Assembly: GCA_028700115.1 (NCBI GenBank)
Contig: JAQVTI010000015.1
Coordinates: 1-16,389 of the forward strand
Source of the DNA: Candidatus Iainarchaeum sp.
GTDB lineage: Archaea > Iainarchaeota > Iainarchaeia > Iainarchaeales > CSSED10-239
Length of the DNA stretch: 16,389 nt
Direction: 5' to 3'
Every line of letters starts with the position of its first letter. Within the stretch, counting starts at the first letter, position 1. Of the stretch, positions 1 through 7,920 are shown one piece after another. A program made the translations under genes and the position numbers. A model generated the notes under the pieces. It was not told the origin of the DNA. It made no database searches and worked only from the letters and a program-made list of their open reading frames with translations.

Positions 1-239
1 GACTTTCCAATTAATAATTTTGTAATATCATCTGAAATAATCCCTAAATGTTGTCTATCTGTGTTAATTGCAACAACTTGTACACCAGAAACACCCATAG
101 AACATATTCTATTTACAGAATTATTTCCTGCCCCACCAATTCCCATAACCATAATTCTTGGTGCTGCAAAATCATCTGTTTTATACTCTTCATTTACTTT
201 TGGAGCACTTCCAACAGCATTACTTACAATAGACTTCAT
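1..239 (-). CDS. ftsZ: FtsZ cell division protein, N-terminal part (truncated by window edge)
   Basis: Minus-strand translation from ATG at 239 reads MKSIVSNAVGSAPKVNEEYKTDDFAAPRIMVMGIGGAGNNSVNRICSMGVSGVQVVAINTDRQHLGIISDDITKLLIGK, open to the edge. The GGAGNNxVNR and AINTDxQHL motifs are typical of archaeal FtsZ. An in-frame ATG at 266 is an alternative start. Confidence 0.93.
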   Translation of the reverse strand, partial: MKSIVSNAVGSAPKVNEEYKTDDFAAPRIMVMGIGGAGNNSVNRICSMGVSGVQVVAINTDRQHLGIISDDITKLLIGK

Positions 240-436
240 ATTAACCACTTCTTTATATACATACATTTTTTTAAAATGCCTTTTTTGTATTTTTCTCCTT
301 TTTTATCTAAAAATAGATTTTATTATAAAGATATAATATAAGTAAACAAAACAATTTAAAAAGGTTTTGTAAAATAATTATTTTGTCCAAGAAATAATGT
401 ATTTTGACGTTATTAAAATTAAAAAAAAAGAAAAAA

Positions 437-1111
437 TTATTTCTTTTTAGGAAATAATTTTGAAAATATTTCAGAAGAATGATCTCTAATAGCAGCACTC
501 ATTCCAATTCCTAAAGCAATTGCAATAGCTAAAACAACACCACCAATTATTAAAAGAATAATTGTTTCAATAAATGCAATTTTTACCCCAATTTGCTTTA
601 ATGCAACATCTACAAACAAAATAATTATTATTGCTTGAATAATATCTGCAATTATTTTTGAAAACTTATGTTCTTTTGAAACATGTATATTTTTTGCAAC
701 AACTTTTGAAAGAATTAATCCAAAAATTACTAAAATTATTGCAAATATTAAATTAGGCATCCATAATGCAAATTTAGTAATAAAAGTTGCAAGAATATCT
801 AATTTTATTAAACTTGCAGCAGGTGCTAAAAATGCAATAAATACCCCCCATTTAAATAAATTACCTATAAGCTTAGAAAGCTTAATATGAAGTAAAACGT
901 GTGAAAAATCATTTTTTGTAACCCAAGAATCTAATTTCCATTTAATAAGTGCTTTTTCAATAAGATATCCTATTAAAAGACCTATAAGAAAACCAATAAT
1001 TGCAACAATTATTGCCCCAATAAAACCTGGTAAATAATATATAATATTATGCCAAATATGCTGTAATGGAGTAATTGTAGCGTTACTAACTTCTACTAAA
1101 GTATTAACCAT
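437..1111 (-). CDS. Small MscS-like/conserved TM-helix membrane protein, no obvious soluble beta domain
   Basis: 224 aa with several hydrophobic helices; 'YYLPGFIGAIIVAIIGFLIGLLIGYLIEKALIKW' and 'FALWMPNLIFAIILVIFGLILSKVV' resemble the conserved TM helix repeats seen next to MscS channels. Confidence 0.65.
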   Translation of the reverse strand: MVNTLVEVSNATITPLQHIWHNIIYYLPGFIGAIIVAIIGFLIGLLIGYLIEKALIKWKLDSWVTKNDFSHVLLHIKLSKLIGNLFKWGVFIAFLAPAASLIKLDILATFITKFALWMPNLIFAIILVIFGLILSKVVAKNIHVSKEHKFSKIIADIIQAIIIILFVDVALKQIGVKIAFIETIILLIIGGVVLAIAIALGIGMSAAIRDHSSEIFSKLFPKKK

Positions 1112-1259
1112 ATTAAATCTACCTCCTTAATATAATTTTAATAAAATACTATATAACATATTAAAAATTACATAAAAAGCTTTAAAAATAGACTGAATAT
1201 TATAAATTTATATAAAAATTTAATAAATTTAAATATTTAGAATAATATTTTAAAAACAA

Positions 1260-1679
1260 TTAAAATTTATAAGAAAACCAGGATGTAAAAAAACCTAAAA
1301 ATGCAAAAATAAAATAAATTTGACCAACTAATAATAAAGGAAATGATAATAAAAATCCTGTAGAAAGAGATTTCATAACTTTTTCATTATTCATAAAAAT
1401 ATTAAAAATAAACATTCCTATAATTATTAATAATGAAGTCAAAATAAGTTTTGTTTTTATAAAATAAAGAATAGATATAAAAACTATTAAAAATATAAAA
1501 AAAAATTTATTTTCAGAAACAAAACTTTCTTTTGAAGAAATATCTGGAAGCATAAAAAATATTAAAAAAATAATTAATACACTTATAATTGGAACTACAA
1601 ATAAACTAGAATTATTTAAAAATAAATATGCTATAAAAAAAATAAAAATTGCAAAAATATATTTTGATAATTGATCCAT
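1260..1679 (-). CDS. Hypothetical membrane protein, about 4 TM helices
   Basis: 139-aa ORF with successive hydrophobic segments; no recognised family motif. Confidence 0.6.
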   Translation of the reverse strand: MDQLSKYIFAIFIFFIAYLFLNNSSLFVVPIISVLIIFLIFFMLPDISSKESFVSENKFFFIFLIVFISILYFIKTKLILTSLLIIIGMFIFNIFMNNEKVMKSLSTGFLLSFPLLLVGQIYFIFAFLGFFTSWFSYKF

Positions 1680-1766
1680 AATTATATATAATTAGAAAAG
1701 TAATTTAAATATATTTATTTGTATATAAAATATATAAATATTTAAAAAAATATTAAAAAAAGAAAA

Positions 1767-3026
1767 TTATTTTTTCTTTTTATTTAAATACTTTCTTTTC
1801 CCTGCATTATATGAACCAATAACTAAAAGTATTATTAATATAACTCCAATTATAATTTGCCCAAAATATTTTGTTGTTTCTTCAACATTTTCAATTTCTA
1901 AATAAATTGTATGATTTTCAATAAAAACACTATCTCCATCAATACTTCTTATTTCTAAATCTATTTGATATTTTTTAGCAAATGCATCTTTATCTATTTC
2001 TAGACTAATTATCCCTTCTCCAATTTCATTTATTTTTAAATTCCCTATAAAATCAGATTTCTCAATAAATTCAAATGGTTGTGTAGAATCTTTAAATGCT
2101 CTAATTGATACAGAATCTGCATTTTTACTTCCTATATTTTCTAAACTTATTTTTAAATTAACTTTTTCACCAGCAACTGCTTTTTTAGAAAGAATAATAT
2201 TTTTTATTTCAAATTCTGGTTTATTTTTTATAGGAATTTCTAAATTCATTTTTTCTTCTTTATATTCTTTTAAAGAATCTTCTTTATCTTGATATCTAAC
2301 AATTACTTCTGCATTATAAATTCCTGATTTAATATTTTTTGAAATATCAATATAAAAAGTAGTAATTTTACTTGATGAACTTAAAATATTCCCTAAACTT
2401 ACTCTGTCTGAATAAGAATATGTAGGGGTAATTCCTTCTGGAAAGTTTATTTCTACACTAACATTTTCGGCATCTCCTTCTCCAATATTTAATAATTCAA
2501 TATTTATTTCTGCTTCTTCTAGATCATTTAAAAGCTTAACAGGAGAAGTAATTAAATTCCCAAAAGTAAATTTTGCATTTTCTTTATTACCTATTCTAAT
2601 ATCAAATGTTTTTACCCCCCAAATATCTTGTCCATTAATATTATATTTTAAATCAATTTTATAATTTCCTTCAAGTGCATTAGAATCTATTAATATTTTA
2701 TAATATAAAGAATAATACCAATAATCTCCAGATTGACCATTCCAATTTTGAAGAGATTTTTCAGATGTATCTGATAAATCAAAATAAAATGGATGTTCTA
2801 AATCTAAATTAAAATCTAAAGAATCAATAGGATCATTCCCAAATTTTACAACTTTAAATCTTAATTCTAAATATTCCCCTGGATTTGCAGGATCTGGATC
2901 TTGATTTAATAAAGTTATATCTAATCTAGGTGTATCTAATGGATCTGCAAAAACATTTCCAATAATTCCACTAAATAATATTAATCCTAAAAATATTGCT
3001 GATAATAAATTAAATTTTTTATTCAT
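1767..3026 (-). CDS. COG1361/CARDB-like exported protein with signal peptide and C-terminal TM anchor
   Basis: N-terminal signal peptide (LLSAIFLGLILFSGIIGNVFA), repeated beta-sandwich type segments (AEINIELLNIGEGDAENVSVEINFP; VNLKISLENIGSKNADSVSIRAF), and C-terminal TM followed by a KRKYLNKKKK tail. Confidence 0.75.
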   Translation of the reverse strand: MNKKFNLLSAIFLGLILFSGIIGNVFADPLDTPRLDITLLNQDPDPANPGEYLELRFKVVKFGNDPIDSLDFNLDLEHPFYFDLSDTSEKSLQNWNGQSGDYWYYSLYYKILIDSNALEGNYKIDLKYNINGQDIWGVKTFDIRIGNKENAKFTFGNLITSPVKLLNDLEEAEINIELLNIGEGDAENVSVEINFPEGITPTYSYSDRVSLGNILSSSSKITTFYIDISKNIKSGIYNAEVIVRYQDKEDSLKEYKEEKMNLEIPIKNKPEFEIKNIILSKKAVAGEKVNLKISLENIGSKNADSVSIRAFKDSTQPFEFIEKSDFIGNLKINEIGEGIISLEIDKDAFAKKYQIDLEIRSIDGDSVFIENHTIYLEIENVEETTKYFGQIIIGVILIILLVIGSYNAGKRKYLNKKKK

Positions 3027-3069
3027 AATTTTCTCTCCTTTTTAATTTTATTTTTTCAAATTTATTTTT

Positions 3070-4320
3070 TTAATCATTTTTTTCTTTTAAAACATTTATT
3101 CTTAAAAATTTAAATAATTTTTCTAATAAAACTAAAATTGCAGGAACAATTGTAATTGCAGCAAAAAAACAAAAAGTTACACCATAACTCATAATTTTCC
3201 CTAAATCCCCAACAAATGACAATTCTCCCATACTCATAGCTTTAAAACCAATTAATGCTGCAATTGCTGTAGTTGCCATAGGTAAAATAACATTTGTTAA
3301 AGTATTAATCATTGCTTTTTCTATAGAAAGTTTATTTTTAAGTTCTTGCCTAAATCTAATAACAGTTTGTATTCCAAAATCAATTCCAATACCCATAATC
3401 ATAGATACAACTCCTGAAGTAACAGAAGTAACCCCCATTTTTATAAGTCCTAAGAAACCAAATGTCCAAACTATTCCAATTAAAATTGTTAAAAGTGGTG
3501 TTAAACCAAATCTTAAAGTTCCAATAATTTTAATAATTTTTGAAAAAAGACTTTGTTTCTGCCTAAAAACAATAGATATTTCTCCAATTACAAATATCAT
3601 TATTAAAACAAAAAAAATTCCAATTATAGAAAAATTACCTGTTTTTTGCATATCTGGACCAAGTTCTTTGTCCATTACTGGATAAGATGCAATTGATCCT
3701 GTAACATTTATTTTAAGTCCAGAAGGATGTTTTATTCCTATTATAATTTTTTCTAAATTATCTACAAGTAAACTATCTTTATCATCAGAATATTGATCAG
3801 AAAGTGAAATATTTATAATACTCATAGTATAATCATCACTAACAAGAGATTTAATTTCTTCATTTTCAGAAATTAAATCTGATATTTGATATTTAGATTT
3901 TGGTAAATATCCATTATTTATTTTTCTTAAACTATTTGAAAGACTATTTACATTTTCAATAAATTCATTACCTTCAAGATATTTTGTTAAAACATCTATA
4001 TATTTTAAAACTTCTAAATCTCTAATATCCTTAACTTCATTTGATGTTATATATTCTCTATCTATTTGTAAAAATATCATAATTGTATTTGGATTTTTAA
4101 AAGAATCTTCAATTATTCCATATGCTTTAACAACATCATAATTATCTGGGATCATTTCAGAAAAATCTTGAGAACTATAATTTACTTGTGTTACAAAATA
4201 TAATGCAATTAATATAAATATAAATACAATAAAAAGAACAAAAAAAGGTCTGTTTGCAACTATTTTTGCATAAGACTCAATTATTTTTTTTAAATTATTT
4301 TTTTTTGAATCTTCTTTCAT
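3070..4320 (-). CDS. Half-size RND superfamily (MMPL/HAE3-like) exporter, subunit 1
   Basis: 416 aa; N-terminal TM, extracytoplasmic domain, then TM bundle with GIGIDFGIQTVIRFRQE motif typical of RND TM4. Confidence 0.85.
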   Translation of the reverse strand: MKEDSKKNNLKKIIESYAKIVANRPFFVLFIVFIFILIALYFVTQVNYSSQDFSEMIPDNYDVVKAYGIIEDSFKNPNTIMIFLQIDREYITSNEVKDIRDLEVLKYIDVLTKYLEGNEFIENVNSLSNSLRKINNGYLPKSKYQISDLISENEEIKSLVSDDYTMSIINISLSDQYSDDKDSLLVDNLEKIIIGIKHPSGLKINVTGSIASYPVMDKELGPDMQKTGNFSIIGIFFVLIMIFVIGEISIVFRQKQSLFSKIIKIIGTLRFGLTPLLTILIGIVWTFGFLGLIKMGVTSVTSGVVSMIMGIGIDFGIQTVIRFRQELKNKLSIEKAMINTLTNVILPMATTAIAALIGFKAMSMGELSFVGDLGKIMSYGVTFCFFAAITIVPAILVLLEKLFKFLRINVLKEKND

Positions 4321-5495
4321 TGTAAATCACTTTTTGAAATCTGTGATATTTTTTTATTATATCTTTTATACATTTTATTTAATATAAATTTATCTAAATC
4401 TTCAAAAAGAACAATAATTACAGGAGAAATAAAAACTGCAATAAATAAACAAAAAAAGATTCCTAAAGCCAAAGTTTTTCCTAAATCTTGAAGCATTGGC
4501 ATAATTGATAATGTTAATGCTAAAAAACCAATAATTGTAGTAATTCCAGAACCTAAAATTGCAGATCCAATTGCAGGAACAGAATTTTCTAAAGATTCTT
4601 TTTGTGAAAGTCCTTTTTCTTTTTCTTCAAGATATCTAGTATGCATAAAAACTCCATACTCTACTCCAAGACCTAAAATCATTGCTCCAATTCCTACAGT
4701 TGCAACTGAAAGTTTAATATTTAAATATCCCATTGTTCCAATTGTCCAAATAACCCCCAATAAAATTGGTGAAAATACAACTATTCCTTTTAATACAGAT
4801 CTTTCTGTAATAAATAATAATAATAAAATTATAATTGCAGCAATTACAATTGTCTTTACAGCATCTTTTCCTAAAATATCTAAAATTGTTACTGAAATCG
4901 GTGCAGATCCTGTAACAAAATATTCTATTCCTTGAGGAATAGGTATAAATTTTAATTTTTCAGAAATCATTTCTGTAAATGCAATTGTTTTTTCTTGATC
5001 TCCACTAAGATCTGCAGTTATATACATTAAAGTTGTTGTAAAATCTTTACTAAAAAATGAATTTAATTCAGGATATTGTGAAAGAATATACTTTACTTGA
5101 GAAAGACTTTGTGGATTAAAATTAGAAATATATGTAGCAGGAGAAATAATCCCTTCAACAGAAGATTCTTTATTAAGTTCTATTTCTAAATTTTTTAAAT
5201 ATGAAATTATTTCTGGATCTCTAATATCTAAGTTATCATTTTTAAAATTATAATTATTATCAAATCTAAAAAGAATAATAACAATATCTGTCCCCCCAAA
5301 CTCAGTTGTAATTTTATCATTTAATTCTACAATTTCAAGTCCAGTTGGATTCATTTTAGAAAAATCAGTTTCCATTTCTATTCTAAAAACACCTATTGCA
5401 AGTATTATTGTAATTATAACTGCAATAATAAATATTAACATTTTATGCTTATATTGATATTTTGCAATAAATTTTAAAAAATTCATAAAAATCAC
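4317..5495 (-). CDS. Half-size RND superfamily (MMPL/HAE3-like) exporter, subunit 2
   Basis: 392 aa, same architecture, motif GLGVEYGVFMHTRYLEE. Stop overlaps the next start (ATGA at 4317-4320). Start is GTG at 5495 or in-frame ATG at 5486. Confidence 0.85.
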   Translation of the reverse strand: MIFMNFLKFIAKYQYKHKMLIFIIAVIITIILAIGVFRIEMETDFSKMNPTGLEIVELNDKITTEFGGTDIVIILFRFDNNYNFKNDNLDIRDPEIISYLKNLEIELNKESSVEGIISPATYISNFNPQSLSQVKYILSQYPELNSFFSKDFTTTLMYITADLSGDQEKTIAFTEMISEKLKFIPIPQGIEYFVTGSAPISVTILDILGKDAVKTIVIAAIIILLLLFITERSVLKGIVVFSPILLGVIWTIGTMGYLNIKLSVATVGIGAMILGLGVEYGVFMHTRYLEEKEKGLSQKESLENSVPAIGSAILGSGITTIIGFLALTLSIMPMLQDLGKTLALGIFFCLFIAVFISPVIIVLFEDLDKFILNKMYKRYNKKISQISKSDLQ

Positions 5496-6253
5496 ATAGA
5501 AACATTTTCCGCTCTATCCCATAATTCTAAAAAATATTCTTTATATTCTTTTGCAAGTTTTTTTGATTTTATAAAAATAATTATAGGATTTTCGGTGAGT
5601 ATGTGTGTAGCTATTCTATCTTTAAATATTACAGTAGTATTTAAATTATTTAAATTATTTATTTTTTTCAATTGAAAATTTTTTAAATCAAATGAAAATT
5701 TTTTATCAGAAATACATTTTTTTATCTCAGAAATTGATTCTGAAAGTATAATTTTCCCCCTAATATTTGAAAGTAAATTTTTATGTTCAGAAATAATTTT
5801 TTCAAAAATATTATAATTTATAATATTTGATTTTATAAGTCCTCCTATCATAAAAATTTCTTTTTCAAAAATAATTTCATCTAAATATTTTTTAATACCC
5901 ATAATTCCTTGAAATATAATAATTTCTTGTTTTATTGATTGATCTTTATTTTTTAATTTATCTAATTCAGGTATTAATAAATCTAATTCCATTTCTTTTT
6001 CTTTTAAAGGAATATATAAATTTTTAATATTTGTAATTGAATAAATCCTTGTATTTTTAAAATCAATATGATAAGTTACAATTTTTTTTTCAATTAATTG
6101 ATTTAAAATTTGATAAACTAAAGTTCTATCCATTTTTAATTTTTTTGAAAGATCATTCCCACAAATAGGAACACTTTTTAAAAGAAAATAATATACTTTA
6201 GCTTCATTTTTAGTCAGACCTATATTTGAAAGTCTTGTAATTAAATTTTTCAT
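5492..6253 (-). CDS. TrmB-family transcriptional regulator
   Basis: N-terminal winged-HTH pattern LSNIGLTKNEAKVYYFLLKSVPICGNDLSKKLKMDRTLVYQILNQLIEKKIV, followed by a coiled linker and an effector-like domain. Confidence 0.82.
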   Translation of the reverse strand: MKNLITRLSNIGLTKNEAKVYYFLLKSVPICGNDLSKKLKMDRTLVYQILNQLIEKKIVTYHIDFKNTRIYSITNIKNLYIPLKEKEMELDLLIPELDKLKNKDQSIKQEIIIFQGIMGIKKYLDEIIFEKEIFMIGGLIKSNIINYNIFEKIISEHKNLLSNIRGKIILSESISEIKKCISDKKFSFDLKNFQLKKINNLNNLNTTVIFKDRIATHILTENPIIIFIKSKKLAKEYKEYFLELWDRAENVSM

Positions 6254-6271
6254 AAAATAATATAGAAACTA

Positions 6272-6284
6272 AATCTTTATAAAA
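6272..6284 (-). promoter_or_regulatory. TATA-like promoter element for the TrmB-RND-COG1361 operon
   Basis: Minus strand reads CCTTTTATAAAGATTT with the TATA element centred about 25 nt upstream of the ATG at 6253, consistent with a leaderless archaeal transcript. Confidence 0.45.
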
Positions 6285-6285
6285 G

Positions 6286-6310
6286 GTGTTGTTATTTTTT
6301 ATAACAACAC
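6286..6310. promoter_or_regulatory. Perfect inverted repeat, candidate operator (alternatively a hairpin/terminator)
   Basis: GTGTTGTTAT-TTTTT-ATAACAACAC: 10-bp perfect arms with 5-nt spacer, directly upstream of the TATA-like element. Confidence 0.5.
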
Positions 6311-7404
6311 TATTTCATATAATTAGAATCATATTTATCTAAATTATCTTCTGAAACTAGATCTTTTTGATTAAGCTCATTTATCCAATCAGAAATTTTA
6401 TAATGCACAATATTTAAATTGTCATCATATCCAATAAATTCATTAATTCCAGAATTAATAATAATTTTTTTACAAATATAACAAGGATATGCTTTTACAA
6501 TTTTTTCTTCCCCAAGATATATTTTTTTCATAAAAAGATACATTTTAGCCCCAACAATCTTTTGACCTTTTCTTGCAGCATTAATAATAGCATTTTGTTC
6601 AGCATGAACAGATGCACAAATTTCATATTTTTCTCCAGAAGGCACATTAAGTTTTCTTCTAAGACAATATCCTTTTTCAAAACAATCAGTAACTCCTCTT
6701 GGAGATCCAATATATCCAGTTGATAAAATAACATTATTTTTAACAATTACAGCCCCACCAGTTGCAGATAAACAATTTGACCTTTTAGAAATATCTTCTG
6801 CAACTTTTAAAAAATAAGAATCCCAATTTGGTTTTTTTCTTAAATCTATTTGAACTTTTAAAAGTAAATTTAATATTCTATAGTGTAAATCTTCTAAACT
6901 AGAATCATTTAATAATATAAAATCAGATAATTTTTTACAATCATCTAATTTCTGAAAATTAGGATTTGGATTAATTCTTTCTTTTTCTTCAGATTTTTTA
7001 AAATCTTCAAAAGAATCAACATGTTCTTTTTCTTTAAGTCTTAATTTTGCTCTTTCATATCTAGTCTCAATTGGAGAATCTACAAAAACTAGTCTAAATT
7101 CTTTTAATTTTCTAAAAACATTAATCTCATCAGGAGTTCTAATTGAATCAATTACATAATTTTTAGTTTTATCAGAATTTATTTTCTCAACAATTCTTTG
7201 AGCCAAAATACCATTTCCATATTTTTCTCTTAACTCATTTCCTAAGTTTTGCAAATTATCTCTAGTAATTTCCAAACCTTTTAATTTACATTCCTCTCTT
7301 AAAATATCAGAACAAGAAAAAGATATAAAATTTCTTTTGTCTTTTAAATAATCAATAACAGTTCCTTTTCCACAAGCTAAATACCCAGTTAATCCTAAAA
7401 TCAT
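6310..7404 (-). CDS. Nucleotide kinase-like P-loop domain fused to dCMP deaminase
   Basis: N-terminus MILGLTGYLACGKGT (P-loop, CoaE/adenylate-kinase-like); C-terminus has zinc deaminase motifs HAEQNAI and PCYICKK. Confidence 0.88.
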   Translation of the reverse strand: MILGLTGYLACGKGTVIDYLKDKRNFISFSCSDILREECKLKGLEITRDNLQNLGNELREKYGNGILAQRIVEKINSDKTKNYVIDSIRTPDEINVFRKLKEFRLVFVDSPIETRYERAKLRLKEKEHVDSFEDFKKSEEKERINPNPNFQKLDDCKKLSDFILLNDSSLEDLHYRILNLLLKVQIDLRKKPNWDSYFLKVAEDISKRSNCLSATGGAVIVKNNVILSTGYIGSPRGVTDCFEKGYCLRRKLNVPSGEKYEICASVHAEQNAIINAARKGQKIVGAKMYLFMKKIYLGEEKIVKAYPCYICKKIIINSGINEFIGYDDNLNIVHYKISDWINELNQKDLVSEDNLDKYDSNYMK

Positions 7405-7894
7405 ATTTATTCCCCTTTTTTCTAATATAAGTTTGAAATGAAAAAAATTCTTTTTTATCTTCAGAAATTAAATCCCATTTATTCAAATCAATTTCTGGGA
7501 AATAAGTATCTCCATCATATTCTTTATAAATTTTAGTAAGTTCTATCTTATCTGCAAATTCAATTGCTTGTTTATATACAAAAGCTCCACCAATAATATA
7601 AATTTTAGAATCTTTTTGTTTAGCATAAGAAATTGAATCTTCTAGAGAATGTTTTATAATAATTTCAGAAAAATCGAAAGAATCATCTTTAAAAGTTAAA
7701 ACAATATTATCTCTATTAGGTAATGGTTTTTTAGGTAAAGATAAAAATGTATTTTTACCCATAATAATTGGATGATTTAAAGTTAATTCTTTAAAATGTT
7801 TGAAATCTTCTGAAAAATGCCAAGGAATTTTATTATCTTTTCCAATAACATTATTTGAAGCAGCTGCCGCAATTATAATAACTTCATTACACAT
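7352..7894 (-). CDS. folA: Dihydrofolate reductase
   Basis: [77 protein letters not shown]. The track gives GTG at 7906, but that GTG lies inside the Shine-Dalgarno-like AGGTGA, so ATG at 7894 (or 7900) is more likely. The 3' end overlaps the next gene by 53 nt. Confidence 0.88.
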   Translation of the reverse strand: [180 protein letters not shown]

Positions 7895-7920
7895 ATACAT
7901 ATTCACCTATAAATTAACAT

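Noticed and set aside
48-341. Plus-strand ORFs 48..341 and 61..336
   Set aside because: Antisense to the clear ftsZ coding frame; sequences carry no recognisable domain and are shadow ORFs.
307-498. Minus-strand 63-aa ORF
   Set aside because: Low-complexity (FFFFF, Leu/Ile/Asn) and overlaps the 3' end of the membrane protein gene and the A/T-rich intergenic region.
3460-4760. Additional GTCCAA occurrences inside the RND genes (near 3468 and 4742)
   Set aside because: These lack the flanking motif and encode conserved membrane protein sequence, so they are not counted as copies of the intergenic motif.
6528-6746. Minus-strand 72-aa ORF
   Set aside because: Out-of-frame inside the well-supported kinase-dCMP deaminase gene.
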